From NCBI RefSeq assembly GCF_033791525.1, contig NZ_JASJGN010000389.1, positions 1 to 59,183 of the forward strand: a DNA stretch of 59,183 nucleotides, given 5' to 3'. Both the position numbers and the translations under genes were made by a program. Of the stretch, positions 9,778-18,958 are shown one piece after another. The DNA is from Desulfosarcina sp. Lineage in GTDB: Bacteria; Desulfobacterota; Desulfobacteria; Desulfobacterales; Desulfosarcinaceae. Each line of letters begins with the position of its first letter. The first letter of the stretch is position 1. Under the pieces are notes generated by a model. It saw only the letters and a list, made by a program, of their open reading frames with translations, was not told the origin of the DNA and did no database searches.

Positions 9778-10314
9778 ATGCAGAGCGAAATTATGTTCGC
9801 CGGGTTCGGAGGACAGGGCATACTCTTAATCGGCAAGGTTCTTGCGCATGCCGCCATGGAGGAGGGCTACGAAGTGGCATGGGTTCCTTCCTACGGGCCT
9901 GAGATGCGGGGCGGAACGGCCTATTGCACGGTGGTGATCAGCGACCGGCCCATCGGTTCACCGATCATTAAAAACCCGCTTCACCTGGTGGCCATGAACG
10001 GCCCCTCCCTGGAAAAATTTGCCCCGACGGTTAAAAAAGACGGCATAATCTTCATCAACAGTTCGCTGATCGCCTTCGGGGCGAACCGTGATGATGTGGA
10101 TGAACTGCGTGTGCCGGTGGTGGACATCGCCAAAGACCTGGGAAGCGTCAAGGCCGCCAACATCGTAGCTCTTTCTGCCTTCGTGAGCCGAAGCGGCATC
10201 GTTCCCATGGAAACGCTGAAAAACTGTATAAAAGAAGAGTTCAGTAAAAAACCCAAATTGATCCCCTTGAACATGGAGGCGGTGGCTGCCGGTGAGAAAG
10301 CCGCCCGGAAATAG
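9778..10314 (+). CDS. 2-oxoacid:ferredoxin oxidoreductase gamma subunit
   Basis: RBS AAGGAGG; AGFGGQG and SYGPEMRGG. Confidence 0.9.
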   Translation: MQSEIMFAGFGGQGILLIGKVLAHAAMEEGYEVAWVPSYGPEMRGGTAYCTVVISDRPIGSPIIKNPLHLVAMNGPSLEKFAPTVKKDGIIFINSSLIAFGANRDDVDELRVPVVDIAKDLGSVKAANIVALSAFVSRSGIVPMETLKNCIKEEFSKKPKLIPLNMEAVAAGEKAARK

Positions 10315-10410
10315 ACCCACTCCACGCCGTGGGGTCCTGTGGCATGTTGCCATGCATGCATCAACGGCTGGGCCGAGCGCCTGGCTGTTTTTTTCGACTG
10401 GTGGTGGACC

Positions 10411-11562
10411 ATGAAGTTGACCATTCCCGATTACATTAAGGCCATCGAGCCCTATGTTCCCGGCAAGCCGCTTGAGGCCCTGGAGCGAGAATACGGCATC
10501 AGCGATTCGGTCAAGCTGGCTTCTAACGAAAACCCCTTGGGACCTTCTCCCAAGGCCTTGGCGGCCATCCGGAACGGGTTGTCCGCGCTTCACCGTTACC
10601 CGGACGGTGCCGGTCACTTGCTGACCCACAAGATCGCCGACGCCAACGGCATTTTGCCGGCAAATGTGGTGATCGGAAACGGTTCGGACGATATTATCGC
10701 CCTGATGGTGCGTGCCCTGATACGGCCCGGTGACCGGGTGATCGTGCCGCGCCCTTCATTTCTCATGTACGCCATTGCGGCCAGCACCGCCGGTGCCGTG
10801 GTGGAGAGCGTGCCACTTAAAGCCCTGGCCATGGATCTTGACGCCATGGCCGAACGGGTGACCGCCGACACCCGATTGGTTTTTGTGTGCAACCCCAACA
10901 ACCCAACCGGCACGGTTGTCACCCAGAAGGCCTTTGACCGTTTTATGGCCCGGTTGCCGGACGATGTGGTCGTGGTTGTGGATGAGGCCTATATTGAGTT
11001 TGCCAGAAATTCCAATTGTCTGAAAACCGGTCAGCCGTCTGACCTGAACCGCCCCTTGGTGACCTTGCGCACATTCTCCAAGGTGTATGGTCTTGCCGGG
11101 TTGCGGGTGGGGTACGGCATTATGCCGGCTTCACTGGCTGAGCTTCTCAACCGGGTTCGGCCGCCCTTTAATGTCAATAGCATGGCTCAGGCTGCGGCCG
11201 CTGCGGCCCTTGATGACCGGTCTTTTCTGCAGCAGACGGTAGCGCTGATCCACCAGGGACTGGGCGACCTGTATGAGGCATTGGACAGGCTGGGCCTGAC
11301 CTATTTTAAAACCGAGGCCAACTTTTTTCTCATCGATGTTGGGCAGCCGGCGGATGTTGTGTTTGAACACATGCTGCGGCAGGGGGTGATCGTAAGGTCC
11401 ATGCGTGCCTACGGATTCCCCACCTACATCCGCGTCAACGTTGGGCTTGACTCGGAAAACCGGCGTTTTCTGCGTGCACTGGAAACGGTTCTTTCCCTAA
11501 AAGACCATCCAAAGCGGATTCGCCCAGGTAACGCCAAATGGTCAATCAACCGATGCTGCTGA
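10411..11562 (+). CDS. hisC: Histidinol-phosphate aminotransferase
   Basis: YVPGKP, KLASNENPLG, NPNNPTG, DEAY, RTFSKVYGLAGLRVGY. Start moved to ATG 10411. Confidence 0.92.
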   Translation: MKLTIPDYIKAIEPYVPGKPLEALEREYGISDSVKLASNENPLGPSPKALAAIRNGLSALHRYPDGAGHLLTHKIADANGILPANVVIGNGSDDIIALMVRALIRPGDRVIVPRPSFLMYAIAASTAGAVVESVPLKALAMDLDAMAERVTADTRLVFVCNPNNPTGTVVTQKAFDRFMARLPDDVVVVVDEAYIEFARNSNCLKTGQPSDLNRPLVTLRTFSKVYGLAGLRVGYGIMPASLAELLNRVRPPFNVNSMAQAAAAAALDDRSFLQQTVALIHQGLGDLYEALDRLGLTYFKTEANFFLIDVGQPADVVFEHMLRQGVIVRSMRAYGFPTYIRVNVGLDSENRRFLRALETVLSLKDHPKRIRPGNAKWSINRCC

Positions 11563-12209
11563 TAACTATCGACGGACCTGCCGGTGCCGGAAAGACCACG
11601 GTCAGCAAAATGCTGGCCCGGGGACTGGAGTACCGATACCTTGATACGGGGGCCCTGTATCGGGCCGTCGCCTTTGGAGTCCGTGCGGCCGGTATCCGAC
11701 CGGACGATGATCAAGGGCTTGGTGGTGTCTGTGATACATTGCGGCTCAGCGTTGAGTGGAACCGTCTGGTTTTGAATGGTGTGGATATTACCGGTCAGAT
11801 CCGTTCTCCGGAGATCAGCATGCTGGCGTCTGCCGTGTCGGCCCGCCCGGTGGTGAGACACGCACTTTTGGGAATTCAGCGGGACATGGGACGGAGCGGG
11901 GGCCTGGTGGCCGAGGGCCGCGACATGGGAACAGTGGTCTTTCCCGAAGCCGATCTCAAATTTTTTCTGGATGCCACGGCTCGACAGCGGGCGCTCCGAC
12001 GCTTTGAGCAATACGACCAAGGAAATGGTCAGACCCTCGAGCAGATCGAGCAGGATATCCGCCGCAGGGATCAAAATGACAGCAGTCGTGATCTTGCGCC
12101 GTTGAGGCCGGCTGACGACGCGGTTATCATTGATTCGACGACCATGACCGTCCAACGGGTGGTCGATTTGATGATGGTGCGTGTCCGCAGGATAATCGAA
12201 CTGTCCTGA
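11538..12209 (+). CDS. cmk: Cytidylate kinase
   Basis: IDGPAGAGKTT, LDTGALYR, EGRDMGTVVFP; upstream of rpsA. Confidence 0.95.
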   Translation: MVNQPMLLITIDGPAGAGKTTVSKMLARGLEYRYLDTGALYRAVAFGVRAAGIRPDDDQGLGGVCDTLRLSVEWNRLVLNGVDITGQIRSPEISMLASAVSARPVVRHALLGIQRDMGRSGGLVAEGRDMGTVVFPEADLKFFLDATARQRALRRFEQYDQGNGQTLEQIEQDIRRRDQNDSSRDLAPLRPADDAVIIDSTTMTVQRVVDLMMVRVRRIIELS

Positions 12210-12397
12210 CCCCGGGCCTGACAATGGCTTTTTATCATCCGGGCCGCTCGACGATTCCCTACCGAGGGCGATCATGGCCGCCACCATAAATAAATCATTG
12301 CATTTTGCCTGTCGCTTCTGTATTGTCTTCAGGCTATACTGCATGTGCAAGTGTTGGCAGTAAAATTAAAAGAGGCTAAGGGGGTAATCATCAGTCA

Positions 12398-14140
12398 ATG
12401 GACAACTTTTTAGACAACGAATCAACTGAAGAACCAATCGAGAAAGACAGTGTTACCGGTGAAAGCATGGCTGAGCTCATGGATCTGTATGAGGAAAGCT
12501 TCAAACGCTTTGCCGAAGGTGAGGTGGTCAACGGAAAGATCATTTCAGTGGACAAAGACCACGTCTTGGTGGACATCGGCTACAAATCCGAAGGCCAGAT
12601 TCGCATCCGGGAATTCGAAGTGGATGGTGAAGTCAGTGCCCAAGTGGGCGACACCGTCGAAGTGATGGTGGAGTGGTGGGACGACGAGAATGAAGTGGTT
12701 GTTCTATCCAAGGAAAAAGCCGAGAAGGTCAAGGTCTGGGACGACATCAAGAAACGCCACGAAGCCGATGAAACCATCACCGGAACCATCACCAATCGCG
12801 TCAAGGGTGGCTTTTCCGTGGATATCGGCCTTCAGGCATTTCTGCCCGGATCACAGGCGGATCTTCGACCCATTCGCAACCTGGATGAAATGGTCGGCAA
12901 GGAATTCGAGTTCAAGATTCTGAAATACAACCGCAAGCGCAGCAACATCGTTCTTTCCAGAAGGGTGCTTCTGGAAGAAGAGCGTGAAAGCAAACGGGCC
13001 AAGACCCTGGCCACCATCCACGAAGGCAAAGTGGTCTCCGGCATCGTCAAGAACCTGACCGAATACGGCGTGTTTGTCGACCTCGGCGGCGTGGACGGAT
13101 TGCTGCACATCACCGATATCTCCTGGGGTCGGGTCAAGCACCCGTCCGAGCTGTTCAGCGTGGGCGATCAGATCGATGTCAAGATCCTGAGCCTGGACCT
13201 GGAGCGTGAACGCGTTTCTTTAGGTATGAAGCAACTTAGTGAAGATCCCTGGGCCAGCGCCATCGACAAGTACCCGGTGGGTTCGCGTATCAGCGGCAAG
13301 GTGGTGAGCCTGACCGATTACGGCGCCTTTGTCGAGTTGGAAGAAGGAATCGAAGGCCTGATTCACGTATCTGAAATGTCTTGGACGCGCAAGGTCCGCC
13401 ATCCCTCCAAGGTAGTCTCCGTGGCCGAGATCGTGGATGCCCTGGTGCTGGATATCAAGCCGGAAAACCGGCGGATTTCCCTGGGAATGAAGCAGGCTGC
13501 GCCCAATCCCTGGGATGTGATCAGCGACAAATATCCGGTGGGTACGACCATAGAAGGCAAAATAAAGAACATCACCGACTTCGGCCTGTTCATCGGGATC
13601 GATGAAGGTATCGACGGACTGGTCCATATTTCAGACATCTCCTGGACCAAGCGCATCAAGCATCCCTCCGAAATCTACAAAAAGGGAGACGTCATTCAGG
13701 CCATCGTTCTCGAGATCGACAAGGGTCAGGAGCGATTTTCCCTGGGCATCAAACAGCTGCAGGCCGACCCGTGGGATACGGTTGCCGAGCGCTATGAGGT
13801 GGGCAAGGAAATCACCGGTACCATCACCAATGTAACCGATTTCGGTGTCTTCGTCGAACTCGAGGAGGGGATCGAAGGGCTGGTGCATGTTTCCGAGATC
13901 AGCAAAGAGAAGATCAAAACCCCGGTAGGCCAGTTTGAAGTGGGACAGGTGATGACCGCCAAGGTCATGAACATTAATAGTGAAGAGCGGCGCATCGGTC
14001 TCTCCATCAAACGGCTCGATATGGAAGATGGCCAGGAGCTGCTGACCGAGTATGTCACCAACATGGGACCGGTAACCTCCAGTTTCGGCGAAATCCTTCG
14101 CGAGAACCTGCAGGAAAAACTCAACAACGACGAACAATAA
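12398..14140 (+). CDS. rpsA: 30S ribosomal protein S1
   Basis: Six S1 repeats, e.g. YGVFVDLGGVDGLLHITDISW. Confidence 0.97.
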   Translation: MDNFLDNESTEEPIEKDSVTGESMAELMDLYEESFKRFAEGEVVNGKIISVDKDHVLVDIGYKSEGQIRIREFEVDGEVSAQVGDTVEVMVEWWDDENEVVVLSKEKAEKVKVWDDIKKRHEADETITGTITNRVKGGFSVDIGLQAFLPGSQADLRPIRNLDEMVGKEFEFKILKYNRKRSNIVLSRRVLLEEERESKRAKTLATIHEGKVVSGIVKNLTEYGVFVDLGGVDGLLHITDISWGRVKHPSELFSVGDQIDVKILSLDLERERVSLGMKQLSEDPWASAIDKYPVGSRISGKVVSLTDYGAFVELEEGIEGLIHVSEMSWTRKVRHPSKVVSVAEIVDALVLDIKPENRRISLGMKQAAPNPWDVISDKYPVGTTIEGKIKNITDFGLFIGIDEGIDGLVHISDISWTKRIKHPSEIYKKGDVIQAIVLEIDKGQERFSLGIKQLQADPWDTVAERYEVGKEITGTITNVTDFGVFVELEEGIEGLVHVSEISKEKIKTPVGQFEVGQVMTAKVMNINSEERRIGLSIKRLDMEDGQELLTEYVTNMGPVTSSFGEILRENLQEKLNNDEQ

Positions 14141-14157
14141 ATCCATTGACCCAAATC

Positions 14158-14199
14158 ATGAATGCCGGCGGTTTGCCTGAAAGGCCCGCCGGCATTCAT
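14158..14199. terminator. Strong hairpin after rpsA (terminator or mRNA stabiliser)
   Basis: 14-bp perfect stem ATGAATGCCGGCGG / CCGCCGGCATTCAT; no clear U-tract. Confidence 0.55.
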
Positions 14200-14353
14200 C
14201 TTCATGAACCGACAGGCACCGTTTACCCGGCCACTGCCGTCCGCTCCGTCTTTTTCGACCTGCCTTCTCTATTCTTTGCCCATGGTCCACTGATTGCGCC
14301 GGCCGAGGCTTTTTCGATCTTGCCTAAGCCTATACCGAAAGAAGGAACCCGCC

Positions 14354-15250
14354 ATGTTTACTAGACGCCATCCCTACCTTTTTTTCCTACTGGTTTCTTT
14401 TTCCATTTTTTCGAGTCTTGTGCTGGGTGTCATGGCCATGGTGGCCTGGATGGGCGGGGGGGCCGGTGATTTCGACGGCGAGGCGGTGGGGGTAGTTGAA
14501 ATTGAAGGGGTCATTGCCGATGCACGGGATACAATCGAGCACATCCGCCGGTTCCGTGAAGATGAAGACATCAAGGCCATCGTGATCCGCATCGATTCCC
14601 CTGGCGGTGCCGTGGGGCCGTCTCAGGAAATTTACCGAGAGATTCGAAAAACAGTTGAAACCAAAAAGGTTGTGGCCTCCATGGGTGCGGTTGCCGCCTC
14701 CGGCGGTTACTACGTGGCTTGTGCGACCGACGGCATCGTGGCCAACCCAGGTACGATTACCGGCAGCATCGGGGTCATCATGGGATACACCAACTTTCGG
14801 CAGCTGTTGGACAAGATCGGTATGGTGCCCGTGGTTATAAAGAGCGGACCTTACAAGGATACCGGGTCGCCAACACGGGAAATGCGGGACGACGAACGTG
14901 AAATCCTGCAGTCCATTACCGGCAACATTCACGAACAATTTGTCACGGCCATTGCCGAGGGTAGAAAAATGGACCGTGCCCAAGTGGAACAGGCCGCCGA
15001 CGGGCGAATTTTCACTGGTGAAGATGCCAAGGCCCGGGGGTTGGTGGACCGTCTTGGCAACTTTGAAGATGCCCTTGAATGGGCCGGAAAATTGGGCGGT
15101 ATTGATGGTGAAGTGGTCCCGGTTTATGCCCGCGACGAAAAACTGTCGCTGCTTCGCTACCTGATGTCCTCTTCCCTATCCGATTGGATGTCCACGCTGA
15201 TTCACCCCGGCATCTATGCCGAATACCGGTACCTACCTGTAGGGCCGTGA
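14354..15250 (+). CDS. sppA: Signal peptide peptidase SppA (S49, short form)
   Basis: N-terminal TM, RIDSPGG, AASGGYY, GSIGV, KSGPYKD. Confidence 0.92.
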   Translation: MFTRRHPYLFFLLVSFSIFSSLVLGVMAMVAWMGGGAGDFDGEAVGVVEIEGVIADARDTIEHIRRFREDEDIKAIVIRIDSPGGAVGPSQEIYREIRKTVETKKVVASMGAVAASGGYYVACATDGIVANPGTITGSIGVIMGYTNFRQLLDKIGMVPVVIKSGPYKDTGSPTREMRDDEREILQSITGNIHEQFVTAIAEGRKMDRAQVEQAADGRIFTGEDAKARGLVDRLGNFEDALEWAGKLGGIDGEVVPVYARDEKLSLLRYLMSSSLSDWMSTLIHPGIYAEYRYLPVGP

Positions 15251-15267
15251 TCCGAAAAGGAAGGCGT

Positions 15268-16062
15268 ATGCGAATCATCGCGGTGGCCATGGCTAAGGGG
15301 GGTGTGGGGAAAACCACGACAGCTGTCAACCTTGCCCACGGGCTGGCCCTGGCGGGCAAGCGGGTGCTGCTCGTCGATTGCGACACCCAGGCGCAGACCA
15401 CGACCTTCCTCGGTGTTGCGCCTCCCCACGGACTGTATGAGTTCATTACCGGTCACGACGGCAACGGCAGGACGATCTTAAAGAAAGAGGCCATTCACTC
15501 GGCCCGCAACAATCTATGGGTGCTGGCCGGTGGGATTAAGCTGGTGGAGCTTAAAAACTGGTTGGGCGAGCAGCCTCGTGAACATCGGCATGCCATATTG
15601 CACAAGAGCCTGACACCGAAAAACAACGGGCTGGATTACCTGATTTTCGACTGTGCCCCGGGGTGGGATGTCCTGAGCGTAAATATCCTCATGGCCGCCA
15701 AGGAGGTGCTGTGCCCGGTGGCCCTCCAGGGCCCTGCCTTGGAGGGTCTTAAAACCTTCTTCGGATACCTGGTCTCTGTCCAGCAAATGAATAAATCTCT
15801 TCGGCTTAAGTATATCCTGCCCACGATGTTCGACCGCCGCACCCGTCAGAGCCACGACATCTACAACCGGCTCAGGCGTCTTTTCCGCAAACAGATCTGC
15901 GATCCCATCCACCACAATGTCCGTTTGTGCGAGGCGCCGGTGGTCGGGCAGAGCATCTTCGAATTTGCCGACAGCGCATCGGGTGCAAAAGACTATCGAA
16001 AGTTGGCAGAAAGGTTGATCAATGACGGCATCAGACAACAAGACCATCCCCGATTTCTTTGA
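15268..16062 (+). CDS. Orphan ParA/Soj-family ATPase
   Basis: Deviant Walker A KGGVGKTT, VDCDTQ, FDCAP. RBS AAGGAAGG before ATG 15268. Confidence 0.9.
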   Translation: MRIIAVAMAKGGVGKTTTAVNLAHGLALAGKRVLLVDCDTQAQTTTFLGVAPPHGLYEFITGHDGNGRTILKKEAIHSARNNLWVLAGGIKLVELKNWLGEQPREHRHAILHKSLTPKNNGLDYLIFDCAPGWDVLSVNILMAAKEVLCPVALQGPALEGLKTFFGYLVSVQQMNKSLRLKYILPTMFDRRTRQSHDIYNRLRRLFRKQICDPIHHNVRLCEAPVVGQSIFEFADSASGAKDYRKLAERLINDGIRQQDHPRFL

Positions 16063-16312
16063 CGAAAAACGAATGGATCCGGTATCTGTGGCCACCGGAC
16101 GCCCGGCATCCAAATCGGCGGTTCCCAAAAGAAAGGCCGGTTTTTATTTTTCAGAGGCCCTGTTGGACCGGTTTACCCGCAAATTCCATCAGTTGAAGCT
16201 CGACGGGGTGCCTGTAGAAAATAAATCGGTTCTGGCCGAAATGGCCCTTCACTTTGCGCTTGACGACATGGACCGGGGAGAGGCCAGCCAACTGCTCAAA
16301 CGATTAGACTGA
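16022..16312 (+). CDS. Small protein, predicted ribbon-helix-helix ParA partner
   Basis: Overlaps the ParA 3' end. Flexible N-terminus, then strand KAGFYFS, a helix, and helix NKSVLAEMALHFAL (RHH-like pattern, judged by eye). Confidence 0.65.
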   Translation: MTASDNKTIPDFFDEKRMDPVSVATGRPASKSAVPKRKAGFYFSEALLDRFTRKFHQLKLDGVPVENKSVLAEMALHFALDDMDRGEASQLLKRLD

Positions 16313-16313
16313 C

Positions 16314-16922
16314 CTATATGAACAGGCTGACATCCCCCAATCCTTCACGGATGATTTCAGGTACATCCTGCTCCAGGGAGACCACGCTGGAGGGCATGCC
16401 CGACACTGGACCCCCGTCGATCACCGCATCCAGTCTTGACCCGAAGTGATCGTTGATCAGGGAGGCGTCGTGAAAGACATCACCGTCGGGTGCGGTGGCA
16501 CTGGTTGATATCACGGGGTTGCCCAAGGCATCTACCAGGGCGAGACAGATGTTGTTGGCAGGAACACGAATGCCGGCGGTTTTGCGTTTGGTGAGCATGA
16601 TCTTGGGGACCAGTTTGGATCCTGTCAAAATGAAGGTATAGGGACCGGGGAGTAGCCGTCTCATGGTTTTATAGGCATAGTTGGAGACTTTGGCATACTG
16701 GCTGATGTTTTTCAGATCGGCGCAGATGAAGCTGAAGGGTTGATTTTTATTGCGTTGTTTCAGTTGGTAGATTCGTTCAATGGCCCGTTTGTTCAGGATA
16801 TCGCATCCGATGCCGTAGTAGGTGTCGGTGGGATAGGCGATCAGCCCGCCGTTTTTCAATATGTCCGCCACCCGATTGATCAGTCGTTGCTGGGGATTGT
16901 CTGGATTGATGGTGAACAGCAT
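16314..16922 (-). CDS. Sua5/YrdC/YciO-family protein (threonylcarbamoyl-AMP synthase family)
   Basis: YPTDTYYGIGC, LPGPYTFIL, GIRVP, STSA. Start moved to ATG 16922 (MLFTINPDNP). Confidence 0.88.
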   Translation of the reverse strand: MLFTINPDNPQQRLINRVADILKNGGLIAYPTDTYYGIGCDILNKRAIERIYQLKQRNKNQPFSFICADLKNISQYAKVSNYAYKTMRRLLPGPYTFILTGSKLVPKIMLTKRKTAGIRVPANNICLALVDALGNPVISTSATAPDGDVFHDASLINDHFGSRLDAVIDGGPVSGMPSSVVSLEQDVPEIIREGLGDVSLFI

Positions 16923-17311
16923 GGCGGCGTTCAGGCTCCAGTTGGGAAAAAGTGTGAGGACAACGTCCATGCCGATGGGACAGGTCCAATGGCCGATTTC
17001 GTCTGACTTCGGCACGCTCCATTTATAACAAAGAGCACAACTTATTACGGCCTGACGGGGGTGTCAAGCAGCCAAATAAAGATTGATAAAGCCCCCTTCA
17101 TTTGTTAGTTTGATCGCTCAATCGGTTTCCGGTCCGATGTTAATTTGGTCCGCATTAAAAAGGGTCTATCGCCTTTAGGCCGAAACCTTTACGACCACCG
17201 TCTTTTAGGCCTTTTTTTGGCCCTTCATAGGGCCAATCGGTCTGCCGGCGGGGGTCACCCAATATCACCACCGCCGACCCGGCCAACTTCCATTTGGATG
17301 CGGAGGATCCC

Positions 17312-18778
17312 ATGACCAACCTGATCGCAGAGGAAGCCTATTCCTTTGATGATGTCCTGCTGGTGCCCAGCTATTCCGATGTTCTTCCCAAGGATGTCGA
17401 TACCCGAACTCGCCTGACCCGTGAATTGACCCTGAACATTCCCATCGTCAGCGCTGCCATGGATACGGTCACCGAAGCACAGACGGCCATCACCATGGCC
17501 CGTGAAGGCGGGATCGGATTCATCCACCGCAATATGAGCGTCAAACACCAGGCCATGGAAGTGGACCAGGTTAAAAAATCGGAAAGCGGCATGATCGTAG
17601 ACCCGTTGACTATCGGCCCAGACCGGCCTATCGAAGAAGTGATGAAACTGATGGCTCACTATCGCATCTCCGGGGTTCCGGTGACCCGGGGCGAGCAACT
17701 GGTGGGCATCGTCACCAACCGTGATTTGCGCTTCGAAACCGACATGACCAAAAAGGTCAGCGACGTCATGACCAGTAAAAAACTGGTAACGGTGAACGAA
17801 GGCATCAGCCTGGAGGAATCAAAGGAGATGCTCCAGGCGCACCGCATTGAAAAGCTGCTGGTGGTGGACAAAAACGGACGGTTGACCGGTTTGATTACCA
17901 TCAAGGATATCGAGAAGATTAAAAAATACCCGAATGCCTGCAAGGATGCCATGGGACGGCTGCGGGTAGGTGCTGCCATCGGTGTGGGCGAAGACATGAT
18001 GCCCCGGGTAGAGGCTCTGCTCAAGGCCGGCGCCGACGTCATCGTCATCGATACCTCTCATGGCCATTCGGGCAACGTCATCCGGGCTGTCAAGCGTCTG
18101 AAGGGGGATTTCCCCGCCATTCAACTCATTGCTGGCAATGTCGGTACTGGTGAAGGCGCCCAGGCGCTGGTTGATGCCGGCGTGGATGCGGTCAAGATCG
18201 GCATCGGCCCGGGATCCATCTGCACCACGCGCATCGTGGCCGGTATCGGTGTGCCCCAGATCTCCGCCATTATGAACTGCCGGGAGGTGTCGGAAAAGAC
18301 GGGGGTCCCCCTGGTGGCTGACGGTGGCATCAAGTTTTCCGGAGACATCACCAAGGCCATCGGTGCCGGCGCCCATACCATCATGGTCGGCGGCCTGTTC
18401 GCCGGGGCCGAGGAGAGTCCGGGGGAAACTATCCTGTTCCAGGGCCGAAGCTACAAGGTATATCGGGGCATGGGATCCCTGGAAGCCATGAAACAGGGCA
18501 GTAAGGACCGCTATTATCAGACCGAACAGGAAACCGACGACAAACTGGTGCCCGAGGGCATCGTCGGCCGGGTGCCCTACCGGGGAACCTTGTCCGCGAA
18601 CATCCACCAGCTCATTGGCGGGCTCAAGGCCGGCATGGGCTATGTGGGCTGCCGGACCATCGAAGAACTTCGCCAAAACGCGCGTTTTGTGAAGATCAGC
18701 GCCGCCGGCATGCGTGAAAGCCATGTTCACGACGTAATCATCACCAAGGAAGCGCCCAACTACCGGATGGAAAATTAA
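17312..18778 (+). CDS. guaB: IMP dehydrogenase
   Basis: [11 protein letters not shown] pair, catalytic [16 protein letters not shown]; RBS GGAGG. Confidence 0.97.
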   Translation: MTNLIAEEAYSFDDVLLVPSYSDVLPKDVDTRTRLTRELTLNIPIVSAAMDTVTEAQTAITMAREGGIGFIHRNMSVKHQAMEVDQVKKSESGMIVDPLTIGPDRPIEEVMKLMAHYRISGVPVTRGEQLVGIVTNRDLRFETDMTKKVSDVMTSKKLVTVNEGISLEESKEMLQAHRIEKLLVVDKNGRLTGLITIKDIEKIKKYPNACKDAMGRLRVGAAIGVGEDMMPRVEALLKAGADVIVIDTSHGHSGNVIRAVKRLKGDFPAIQLIAGNVGTGEGAQALVDAGVDAVKIGIGPGSICTTRIVAGIGVPQISAIMNCREVSEKTGVPLVADGGIKFSGDITKAIGAGAHTIMVGGLFAGAEESPGETILFQGRSYKVYRGMGSLEAMKQGSKDRYYQTEQETDDKLVPEGIVGRVPYRGTLSANIHQLIGGLKAGMGYVGCRTIEELRQNARFVKISAAGMRESHVHDVIITKEAPNYRMEN

Positions 18779-18780
18779 CT

Positions 18781-18934
18781 GGGTGACCATCCAGAAAGGA
18801 CATCTTTCGGCACAGGCCGGCGTTCTACCATCCTTGAAATCCTCGACGTCGCCCACTGCTACGCCTGCGGTTTCAAGGGTGCTGCGGTTTTGGGTTGAAC
18901 CACAATCTTACTATTTCTGGATGGACATTACCCC
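18781..18934. mobile_element. MITE/REP-like element between guaB and dnaE
   Basis: Inverted repeats CCATCCAGAAA (18787-18797) and TTTCTGGATGG (18914-18924) enclose an internal CCTTGAAA...TTTCAAGG hairpin. Confidence 0.6.
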
Positions 18935-18958
18935 AACTGAGCGTTTCAATCATAAATC

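Noticed and set aside
17100-17311. Canonical purine riboswitch before guaB
   Set aside because: The conserved core (TATAA...GTTTCTACC...CCGTAAA) is absent; kept only as an unspecified structured leader.
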